This document shows, piece after piece, positions 49,770-60,295 of a stretch of 64,000 bases of DNA. The number at the start of each line of letters is the position of its first letter. Position 1 is the stretch's first letter. The notes under the pieces are model-generated. The model was given only the letters and a program-made list of their open reading frames with translations, had not been told where the DNA came from and did no database searches. Source of the stretch: Malacoraja senta. Its lineage: Eukaryota. The stretch is taken from contig JAXLNO010000446.1 of NCBI GenBank assembly GCA_038087875.1, positions 124,001-188,000 of the forward strand. The letters are read 5' to 3'. The translations under genes were made by a program, and so were the position numbers.

Positions 49770-50147
49770 GACACGAGATAGCAAACGCTGGAATCCTGAA
49801 ACAAACACAAAGTGCAGGAGGAACTCAGCGTGTCAGGCACCATATGCGGAGGGAATGGACAGATGAGGTTTTGGGTCAGGGCCCTTCTTCAGACTTGTTC
49901 GTTCGTTCCCGCTCGTGTGTCAGACGATGTAGCTCGCTGTTGACTTCTGTCATCATCCAACATGTTGACAGAATTGTCGCCCGACGCGTCACAGAGAGCA
50001 TCGCGTGGTCGCTTGCAGGGATCGCCACGAGGAGGCTTCTGTCATGATCGTGATTCTTCAGACTGAGTTGGGTTCTGACTGGAAACGTTGTCTTTTCATT
50101 CCCCTTCACAGATGCTGCTTGACCCGCTGAGTTCTTTCAGCACTTTG
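49770..50147. mobile_element. Old palindromic Penelope-like end carrying a 158-bp insert (49896-50053) with an 11-bp TSD
   Basis: TTCTTCAGACT at 49885-49895 and 50054-50064; the arms are diverged inverted copies of the 66-bp-unit sequence. Confidence 0.7.
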
Positions 50148-50420
50148 CCGAATGCATACAGTACGGCTCAATGTCTTCAGTTGAAGAACATTTCTACGAA
50201 CTGCCTATTCATTTCAATAAACTCTTCACTACTGTTATGGCAATGGTGGTTTAGCAATGCATTCTATTAAAAGAGGAACATTGTCTTATTTCCATCTGGC
50301 AACTTTAACCCTCCATCACCATCTCCCCCCTCCCATTTTAACATGGTATAGCATTGCACAGCACAATGGCAGGCTGCAATGTTACTGACTATGTTATTGT
50401 TGTCATGGAGTCAATGGAGT

Positions 50421-50835
50421 CTCCGTGGATTGTCACCTTGTCATGGTGGAGAAGCTTGTGTGGGCCTGAGATCCTGAGAGCGATGCCATCTGGAGCTATG
50501 CTCCTGGTAGGGCCACCCATGGCGGTAAGGTCGAGGGGGAGGTCTCTGACAAAGAGCAATCCAACCAAGACCTCAACGGTGGAACAGGCGGAAGGATGAT
50601 GGCTGACTTTAGTGGAGCGTCACAATGGCTGGGAAGGCGGATGAAGGCTGCAGCAGAAAAGGGTCTCTGGTCGTCTTGGACTCCATGCTACTGGATCCTG
50701 ACCCAGATCTGTCAAGGACCGTGGGGTGGCTGTCTGTGCACCAGTCTCCCCACGTTGAACAAAGTCACGCACAGGCGTCCTCCAACCCTGGAGACACCCA
50801 TGGTCAGACATGACCGAAGGGGGCCTAAGAGGAAG
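50421..50835 (+). mobile_element. RTE-5'UTR-derived SINE-like element
   Basis: CACCTTGTCATGGTGGAGAAGCTTG..GAGCTATGC..AGGGCCACCCATGGCGG resembles RTE-clade 5' UTRs; a second copy lies at 21756-22012. Confidence 0.72.
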
Positions 50836-50866
50836 CGTCACTCAACACGGAAACAGGCCCTTTCGC

Positions 50867-51401
50867 CCAAATCTGAGGAAGGACATTATAGCCATAGACG
50901 GAGTGCAGAGAAGGTTCACCAGACTGATTCCTGGGATGTCAGGACTTTCATATGAAGAAAGACTGGATAGACTTGGCTTATACTCGCTAGAATTTAGGAG
51001 ATTGAGAGGGGATCTTATAGAAACGTACAAAATTCTTATGGGGTTGGACAGGCTAGATGCAGGAAGATTGTTCCCGATGTTGGGGAAGTCCAGGACAAGG
51101 GGTCACAGCTTAAGGATAAGGGGGAAATCCTTTAAGACCGAGATGAGAAAAAACGTTTTCACGCAGAGAGTGGTGAATCTCTGGAACTCTCTGCCACAGA
51201 GAGTTGAGGCCAGTTCATTGGCTATATTTAAGAGGGAGTTAGATGTGGCCCTTGTGGCTAAAGGGATCAGGGGGTATGGAGAGAAGGCAGGTACGGGATA
51301 CTGAGTTGGATGATCAGCTATGATCATGTTGAATGGCGGTGCAGGCTCGAAGGGCCGAATGGCCTACTCCTGCACCTATTTTCTATGTATCTATGTATCT
51401 A
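50867..51401 (+). mobile_element. Young CR1 3' fragment
   Basis: ORF 50810-51304 C-terminal peptide and tail. Confidence 0.95.
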
Positions 51402-51904
51402 ACTCATCCACAATGACCCATCTAAGCTCGTCCTGCAATTGGCCTATATCCCTCTAAACCTTTTGTATCCATTTATGTCCAAGTTGGCTTTTAACAGTCG
51501 TAATTGTATTATCTTCCCTAGCTCTTCTGGCAGCTCATTCCAGATATGGACCACCCTCTGAGTCCAAAGGTTTTACCTGAGATCTTTCATAAATCTCTCC
51601 ATTTACCTTAAACCTGTGCCCTCCAGTTGTAGAATTCTCTACCTTCAGAAAAAGACTGAGCCTTCACTTTAGCCATGCCCGTCATGATCTCAATAAGTTC
51701 AACCCTTAGCCTCATATGAGACAAAGATAAATGTCCCAGCCTGCACAACCTGCCCAAATGTCCTTCAAATGTTGTTATTGTACCTACTTTAACCACTTCC
51801 TCTTGCAGCTCAATCCATATACCCAATGGTAAACACACGTCTTACTCATTTATATTCACGTGACAATCAATTCTGACTATTGGCACCGTAAATTATGATC
51901 ATAG

Positions 51905-52462
51905 TCCGGAGCCCAGACCATCACACAAACCGACCTCCCTTCCATTGACTCCATCTACACCCCACGCTGCCTCGGCAAGGCCAGCAGCATAATCAACGAC
52001 CAATCTCACCCCGGTCACTCCCTCTTCTCCCCTCTCCCATCAGGCAAGAGGAAAATAAGTGTGAATACGCATTTCTTCCCAGCTGTTATCAGGCAATTGA
52101 ACCATCCTCTCACCAACTAGAGAGTGGTCCTGAGCTACCATCTACCTCATTGGAGACCCTCAGATTATCTTTAATTAGACGTTGCTGGGCATTATCTTGC
52201 ACTAAACGGTGTTCCCTTTATCCTGTATCTGTACACTGTACACAGCGGACGGCTTCATTAAAGGGGAAGATACAGAACGCAAAATATAGTTCTCAGCATT
52301 GTAGCGCATCTGTCCAGAGACAAAGTCCAATGTCCGCTATGGGGTAGAGGTGAATCAGACAGTACCCTAGCTTATGGAAGGACCGTTCAGAAGCCTGATA
52401 ACAGAGGGTAAGAAGCTGTTCCTGAGTCTGGTGGTGCGCGCTTTCAAGCTTCTGTACCTTAC
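51905..52462. mobile_element. Rex1-like 3' fragments on opposite strands
   Basis: CTCACCCCGGTCACTCCCTCTTCTCCCCTCTCCCATCAGGCAAGAGG on +; 52250-52460 is the reverse complement of the 7410-7590 type. Confidence 0.75.
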
Positions 52463-52526
52463 TCCCCCCCCCCCCACCTACACATTCTGCTTAAGGGTGA
52501 CCTTCCCCAGGTCCCTGTAAAGACTG

Positions 52527-55334
52527 GGTGCACAAATCTCAATTAAGGAATTAGAAGATACAATAAACTCATTAAAGAATGGAAAAACACCAGGCCCTGA
52601 TGGATTTACTAATGAATTTTATAAAAGCTTTTATGATAAAATAATACCAAGATTACAAAAAATGTACCAATACGCTTTTAAAAAACGAATACTACCTGAT
52701 ACATTAGCGGAATCAACGATTACATTAATACCTAAGAAAAATAAGGATTTAGAAGAACCTGGCTCATATAGAGCTATAGCATTGTTAAACACAGATCAAA
52801 AAATATTAGCGAAAACATTAGCCAGAAGATTAAGTAAATACATTAGTAAATTAATAAACCCAGATCAGACAGGGTTTATCCCTAAGAGATACTCTTCTAA
52901 TAATATGAGACGTCTACTCAACATAATGCACTCACACAAATCTGAAGATCAAGAATTATCAATTATTTCGCTGGATGCTGAAAAAGCATTTGATCAAGTA
53001 GAATGGAATTATATGGATAAAGTATTACAAAAATTTCAACTGGGAGAGAATTTTATTTTATGGATTAAGTTACTATATAACAAACCTACAGCTAGAATAC
53101 TTACTAATAACATATTATCCTCGAAATTTCAACTATCAAGGGGAAATAGACAAGGATGCTCATTATCACCACAGCTGTTTGCTCTCATTATTGAACCGCT
53201 AGCAGAAAAAATTAGAATACACCCTGATATTCATGGATATAATACTAAAGACTCATATAATAAAATATCTTTATACGCGGATGATATATTATTGTATATT
53301 ACAAAACCTCAAATCACTATACCAAATATATTAAATTTAATTGAAGACTTCGGATCTTTTTCTGGATATAGAATAAATTGGAATAAAAGTGAAATTATGT
53401 CAATAAAACCGAAAGATTCAACACATCTTTTAAAATTCCCTTTTAAAATAGCTACAGAAAAATTTAAATATTTGGGAATCGAAATTACCAGAGCATATCA
53501 AGGTATGCTCAGGGCAAATTTTGACCCCCTACTTAATAAACTGAATACATTAATTAAATTCTGGAAGATGCTTCCGATGTCTTTAATAGGCCGAATAAAC
53601 GCAATAAAAATGATCTTTTTACCACAAATTTTATACCTATTTCAATCAATTCCTATATACTTACCTAAGAAGTTTTTTAAAAAACTCGACTCAGATATCA
53701 CTAATTTTATATGGGACTATAAATCACATAGAATACAAAAAACCCATCTGAATAAATCTAAAGTATTGGGGGGTCTAGCACTACCTAATTTTATGTATTA
53801 TTATTGGTCAGTAAATATTAAAAACATGATTCAACTGATGGATAACTCCGCCCAGCAAGTAGACTGGATTGTAATGGAGAAAGAGGATTGCTCCTCTAGA
53901 AACATTGGAGCGATCCTCCTCTCTCCAATGAAATTGAATAACATAAACTATAATAAGAACCCAATTATTCATAGTACAATCCGTATTTGGAAACAAATAA
54001 AACAAAATTTAAAATTAAGAAACTTATCACTTTTATTACCTATAGTCAATAACCCTTCGTTTAGTCCTTCTATTATAGATAAAGCTTATACACAATGGGA
54101 TAGACTAGGAATTAAAACGCTTGGTGACTTGTATGAAACTGGAAAATTACTTTCATTTCAACAATTACAAATAAAATATAAACTCGGAAATAATCAATAT
54201 TTTAAATACTTTCAAATATGCGACTATTTGAAAAAATATATAAAAGATCATCATAATAACCCAGCAGATGTACTGGACGAGGCAATGCAGATAAAAGCGG
54301 AATCAGCAAACTTAATATCATATTTGTACAATATTATCTTAAATGCACAAATACCATCTACGGAGGGTATCAGAAGAGACTGGGAACAAGAGTTAGCTAT
54401 TAAAATTTCAAAGGAAAGTTGGAATGAATACTTATTAAAAGTGCATAAATGCTCGATTAATGTAAGACACACTTTAATACAATTTAAAATTTTACATAGA
54501 TTATATTATTCGAAAACTAAAATTCATAAAATTTTCCCAAACGTATCATCTATTTGTGATAAATGTCAATCCCAAGAAGCAACTATAGCGCACTCATTTG
54601 TCTTCTGTACAAAAATTCAAAAATTTTGGAATGAAATTTTTGAAATCTTTACAAAGTTATTTAAAACAAGACTGATACCCAAAGCAGAATGGATTATCTT
54701 CGGAATAACGGAAGATGATCCAGAACTAAATGTGTTTCAAAAGAAATTAATGGATTATGGGTTAATAACTGGAAAAAAGCTAATTCTAAAATTTTGGAAG
54801 AAGGCTCCAATACCAACTATAAATATGTGGATTTCAAATATGTTTGAAACATTACACCTTGAAGAGATAAGACTCCTCCTAGCAGGTAAACCAGATCACT
54901 TCCACCTGACGTGGTCTGCATTTATATAATTATTACAAACATAGGGTGCAAAAGTACTTTAAAAAAATAAAAAATTGAGGTCGGGTAAGGGGGGATGATA
55001 GTTGAAGAGTTGGTATGTCCTATTTACGTGATGCTCAAAAAAAAAACATTTGTTTTTCTTTTTTTCTCTTTCTCTTTTCTTTTCTTAGGGCCTATTTCTT
55101 AACTCTTTTTCTTTTTGTTTTTAATTTCGCTCTTATAGGGTCTTCGTCCTTTTTTGTTGTTACATTTTCTACACTTTTCTACACTTGCACTTTTTCCTTC
55201 ACTTTCTTCTCTCTTTCAATCTTTTCTTTCTCTAGTGTAAAAAAATAAATAAAGGGAGTACATTAATTGTAAGAAGATATAAATGACGAGTATTAATGTA
55301 TGTGGTTGTAATGTAATGTACTTCTAATAAATAA

Positions 55335-55365
<31 letters not shown>
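52527..55365 (+). mobile_element. 5'-truncated L1 LINE with a long open ORF2 segment (52662-54929, 755 aa RT plus Cys-rich C-terminus), 3' UTR and poly-A
   Basis: KTPGPDGF, YRAIALLN, DQTGFIP, SLDAEKAFD, RQGCSLSP, YADD, CDKC..H..C; AATAAA followed by an A26 tail. Confidence 0.97.
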
Positions 55366-55499
55366 CCATGTTAAAGGAACATGCACGGCTCTACATCCTT
55401 CCCCTTGAAAAGGGAAACATAGCAATGATGACAGTGAGACCACGACTCATACGCTAGGCACAAACCCGCGCGTACATCGTCAGGAAAAACTTAAAACAT

Positions 55500-57145
55500 T
55501 CAAGCAAACTCCCCGTAACGTTCAGGCGGCTTGACCAGACGCCCGGAGCGGGTATGCAGCCCGCCTCCCCCCCCCTCCGAAGGTAGAGTGGGCACCGGGG
55601 CAGGAGCGGCGATAGGTGAACCGAAAGGGGAGTGAGCAGGAGGGGGAGAACGAGGAGACCGGGGAGGAGACAGGGGCACCGCAACGGGCACGCGAGCGGG
55701 AGATGGCAGATGGGGGGGGCCAGGAGGAGCAGCGGGAGAACGGGGCGCCAAGGGTCGCGAGGGCAGAGGAGCGGGAGGCAACGAGGCGGCAACCGGGGGA
55801 GCAAAAGGGGCTGCGGGAGGCGGAGCGGGCTCGTTGACCGGCAGCAAATGCTGGCGGGACCGGCGGTAGATTGTGCCCTCGTAGTCAACCAGGTAAGAGC
55901 GCGGAGAGTCGGCAAAGCCGATGACAACAGCCAAGCGGTGGTGTCCGGAGGGGGACTGCATCCGGACAACCTGGCCCTCGAAGAGGGGCTGAAGGGGACG
56001 GCATGACTTGTCGTGGGCGCGCTTCTGGACGACCTGTTTCTGGGTAATACGCTTCTGGACAGCAGCAGGGCTGCGGACTGCGGGCTGTAGCGACCGCTGG
56101 GAGACAGGGATTGGAGGGCGAGTGGTGCGGGACATGAGCCGTTGAGCCGGTGAGCCCATGGCAGGGTCGCGACTAATATTTCGGAGATTCAGTAGAGCGA
56201 GATAAAAATCCGAATGCGACAGTCTGCAATGTTCCAGCAGCTCCTTGGCACTGCGGACGGCGCGCTCAGCAAGGCCGTTGCTCTGCGGGTACTCCGGGCT
56301 GCTGGTGATGTGGCGAAAGTTGTAGGCGGCGGCGAATGCGCGGAACTCAGCACTCGTGAACTGGCCCCCGTTGTCAGACTGCACAGTCACAGGAATGCCA
56401 AAGGTTGCAAAGAGGGGTTGCAACGTCCCGATGACCGCAGCAGAAGTGAGGGAGTGCAGACGCTTAATCTCGAACCAGCTGGAGTAAGAGTCGACCAGGA
56501 CCAGGAAATGTTTGCCACGCCACTCAAATATGTCCGTAGCGACCGCCATCCACGCCAGGGCAGGGGCAGGCTGTTGCAGGATTGGCTGGCGTTGCTGGTG
56601 GGGAGAGGGTATTGCAGGTGGAGCAGGCAGAGACCCTCTCCCGGATGTCCTGTGCCATGCTGGGCCAATAAAATTGGCTCTGGGCCTGGGACAGGGTGGC
56701 ATCGGCACCGGGATGGCCGTTGTGGGCAGTTTGGAAATAGTGGTCCCGCAGAGCGGCAGGCACCACAACCTTGTGGCCCTTGACCACCACGCCGCCCTGC
56801 AGCACAAGTTCGTCCCGGACTAGGAAGTAGGGCGCAGCACCAGCCGGCAAGGGTGAGCGACGGTCAGGCCAGCCGCGACGGATGACGTCTATAAGCTGTT
56901 GCAGGGCAGGATCCTTGGCAGTGTGGTGAATCAGGGACTGCATCTGCTGGGAAGGCATGAAGTTGACGTTTAGCACCATCAGGTCGGATGACTCGTACGG
57001 GTGGCGGGCTGTAGAAGCCAGCGGTGCGCGGGACAGCGTGTCAGCCACAAACATGTCCTTGCCCTTGCGGTACACGATTTGAAACATGAAGCGTTGGAGT
57101 TGCAGCATCATACGCTGCAAACGGGAAGAGGCAACGTGGATCGGT
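55500..57145 (-). pseudogene. Gypsy pol 3' part: RNase H end, HHCC zinc finger and DDE integrase (frameshifted)
   Basis: RLQRMMLQLQ; AHNGHPG..YWPSM..CSTC; ATDIF, VDSYS, SDNGGQF, PQSNGLAERAV; Pro-rich tail ending TRSGRLVKPPERY. Confidence 0.95.
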
Positions 57146-57186
57146 TCCAAATGGAGGCGTGGGTTCGAATCCCACTTCTGACACCA
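57146..57186 (+). other. Extended primer-binding site: 3' about 41 nt of mature tRNA-Leu including CCA
   Basis: TCCAAATGGAGGCGTGGGTTCGAATCCCACTTCTGACACCA is the variable arm, T arm, acceptor 3' strand and CCA, abutting the LTR. Confidence 0.9.
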
Positions 57187-57407
57187 TGTAAAGACTGTCC
57201 AAACACATGGTGTCTTCACTCTAGTTTATTGCATACAGTGTATTCGTATACACACATATTGCCCTAGCTGTTCGTGGTCCGTTACCGGAGCTAGAGAGCG
57301 AGCTAGGGGTGGTAAGGTTACATTTATAATGAAGCTAATGTGGAGTGGTTAGTAGAAGTGAGGTCACCATGTTAAAGGAACATGCACGGCTCTACAGTCC
57401 GCACCCA

Positions 57408-57914
57408 GGTCCTGATGAAGAGTCTCGACCTACAACACCTATCCATGTTCTCCGGGGATGCTGCCTGACCCGCTGAGTTACTCCAGCACTCTGTGAAATG
57501 TCACCTATCCATGTTCTCCACAGATGCTGCCTGACCCGCTGAGTTACTCCAGCACTGTGAAACATCACCTATCCATGTTCTCCACAGATGTTGCCTGACC
57601 CGCTAAGTTACTCCAGCACTCTGTGAAATATCATCTATCCATGTTCTCCAGAGATGCTGCCTGACCCGTTGAGTTACTCCAGCACTCTGTGAAACGTCAC
57701 CTATCCATGTTCTCCACAGATGCTGCCTGACCCACTGAGTTACTCCAGCACTCTGTGAAACGTCACCTATCCATGTTCTCCAGAGATACTGCCTGACCCA
57801 CTGAGTTACTCCAGCACTCTGTGAAACGTCGCCTATCCATGTTCTCCACAGATACTGCCTGACCCACTGAGTTACTCCAGCACTCTGTGAAACGTCGCCT
57901 ATCCATGTTCTCCA
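57408..57914. repeat. Degenerate hammerhead core (CTGATGA) followed by about 7 tandem 66-bp units
   Basis: CCTGATGAAGAGTCTCGACC followed by the array; an inverted arm follows at 57920-58005. Confidence 0.9.
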
Positions 57915-58102
57915 GGAATAGACACAGAAAGCTGGGGTAATTCAGCGTGTCAGGCAGCATATCTGGAGAGAAGGAATAGGTGACGTTTTGGGTTGAGATC
58001 TTTCAGATTGGGAGTCAGGGGAAAGGAAAAGAGATATAGACGGTGTAATGGTAAATTTCTGACTCTTCCAGTGTCCAACTTTCCGTTGCCATTACTACAC
58101 AG

Positions 58103-58193
58103 CAGGCACGTGTCGTCAGGGTAGGCAAGGTGGGCACTGCCTACCCTGACTAAAATTATAAAATGATAATGATTAAATATAAATAGTAAACGC
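58103..58193. mobile_element. Probable hAT-type MITE left end with a 13-bp hairpin, interrupted by L1
   Basis: CAGG start; GTCAGGGTAGGCA (58115-58127) pairs with TGCCTACCCTGAC (58138-58150). Confidence 0.45.
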
Positions 58194-60295
58194 CTTCCGG
58201 TGGCGCCATGAAGTGGTGAAGGCGCAGCTTTGAGTTCAGCTCGGAGAAAATCGGAGTTTTAACGGGACCTTTAGATGAGTAAAGGAAAACATCAACGGGG
58301 ACCTAAGAAATCGACTATCAGACTCCTGCTGCAAGAAGACTTGGAAGCTCTTCAAACAACAACTGAAAGCTCAGAAGAAGAGTCTGATTCTCAACAAGCA
58401 GTATCCGAAATGGCTTCAAGAAGAGAGACAAAAGAAAAGGAGAAAGAGATGAAGCAGTGGGAACAAACGGTAAGAGCTAATCTTACTAAAGATCTTACCA
58501 GAGATCTCACTAAGGAATTCTCCAAAATGCTTACCAGTATGAATAATACACTGGAGAATAATCTCTCGAAAATGGAGGTTAACCTGTCTAAGAAAATAGA
58601 TACTGCGCATGATGAATCAAAGGAACAGTATGACTCTTTGAAGCAGCAGTTTATGGACTTGGATCAGAGGACAACACAATAATTTGCGTGAATAGAATAT
58701 GTTTATAATAAGAAAATTGATGAGCTGACTGAACGAGTCGATAAGTCGAGAGAAGATATGAAGGTTGAAATGCGTGAGATGTCTCAGGAAATTCCAGACT
58801 GGTTCCTGGGATGTCAGGACTTTCATATGAAGAAAGACTGGATAGACTTGGCTTATACTCGCTAGAATTTAGGAGATTGAGAGGGAATCTTATAGAAACG
58901 TACAAAATTCTTATGGGATTGGACAGGCTAGATGCAGGAAGATTGTTCCCGATGTTGGGGAAGTCCAGGACAAGGGGTCACAGCTTAAGGATAAGGGGGA
59001 AATCCTTTAAGACCGAGATGAGGAAAAACTTTTTCACACAGAGAGTGGTGAATCTCTGGAACTCTCTGCCACAGAGGGTAGTTGAGGCCAGTTCATTGGC
59101 TATATTTAAGAGGGAGTTAGATGTGGCCCTTGTGGCTAAAGGGATCAGGGGGTATGGAGAGAAGGCAGGTACGGGATACTGAGTTGGATGAACAGCCATG
59201 ATCATATTGAATGGCGGTGCAGGCTCGAAGGGCCGAATGGCCTACTCCAGCACCTATTTTCTATGTATCTATGTAAATATCGACCCTGAAAAAAGAACAG
59301 GGTGCTAATTGGGAGCAATTGAATAAACTGACTGATAAATGTCAAGATTTGGAAGCTAGATCAAGGAGACAGAACTTAAGGATTATAGGAGTAAAGGAGG
59401 GACAAGAGCTTGGAATTCTAATGACCGAACTTGTCACTAAAATACTCAAAGATGTCTTTAAGTTGAAGGAAACCCCGAGGATTGATGTGGCACACCGGGT
59501 AGGTCGCTTCCGAAGAGAAACAAATGCTCCCCCAAGACAGATCATTGTTAAATTTTTGGACATTTCAACCCTGGAAAAACTTATGAAGATGATACCGCAT
59601 GGGGAGAGGCTCACATTTGATGGAGAGACTGTCAGATTTTACAGAGACTATCCACACAAAATACTGGAGAAAAGGAATCAGTTTAAAAGAGCTAGTAGTA
59701 TTCTGCAAGGACAACCTAATGTGAAATACGGGGTGGTGTATCCAGCGAAGATGAAGATTACACACAACTCTACGCAACGCGCTTTCACGGATCCGGATTT
59801 GGCATTTGATTACGCACAAGAAATTGTAAAGAAAATAGAAAAAAGAGAAGTGAAGGTGGATGATTAAACTTTTTAAGGGAAAACTGTGCTGTAATTAAGA
59901 TGGCGGAACTGCTCTAGACATTAACCAGACAGGCTTATCTGTCAGGAATGTGTTTTTAACGACAGAGCCCTGGTTTCACCTTGAACGGATAAGTGGAAGA
60001 GAAACAAGTGGAAAGAGGACATTTTGAAGTAACGCGATCAGATTCAAAAAAAAGTCAAAGGAAATTATGGACTTAAGAAATGTTTTAATTAATACAGTAT
60101 ATATGTAATGTAAAGAACTAACCATATAAACCTAATATTACTAATTGATGGTCATGCTATTATATTAATATTATACTAATATGATTAACCAATGTATTAA
60201 CTAATGGATTTTGGGGGATAAGGGGCCTATAGAGGATGTGATGATTATTATTAACAGATAATTAACGTTAGTAAAGCTGAAAGGAAATGAAATAT
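58194..60295 (+). pseudogene. L1 5' end: 5' UTR, ORF1 (58275-59867; two in-frame stops, split by CR1) and inter-ORF spacer
   Basis: Starts CTTCCGGTGGCGCCATG; coiled coil then DLEARSRRQNLRIIGVKE, AHRVG, PRQIIVKF, YPAKMKI. Removing the CR1 restores MSQE|ISTLKKE in frame. Confidence 0.93.
58793..59274 (+). mobile_element. Young CR1 3' fragment in L1 ORF1, 4-bp TSD AAAT
   Basis: ORF 58811-59182; AAAT at 58789-58792 and 59275-59278. Confidence 0.95.

Larger units (their letters stand above)
52516..57396 (-). mobile_element. Gypsy/Ty3 LTR retrotransposon lacking gag-PR-RT; 3' LTR split by an L1
   Basis: 5' LTR 57187-57396 (210 bp, TG..CA); 3' LTR remnants 55366-55395 and 52516-52526; PPT next to 55396; flanks GTCCC/GTCCG. 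Confidence 0.93.

Noticed and set aside
57146..57186. tRNA-Leu gene
   Set aside because: Only the 3' half is present; it includes the post-transcriptional CCA and abuts an LTR, so it is primer-derived.
57437..57914. 66-bp and 63-bp arrays as CRISPR-like loci
   Set aside because: Units repeat in full with no unique spacers, there are no cas genes, and the context is a vertebrate genome.
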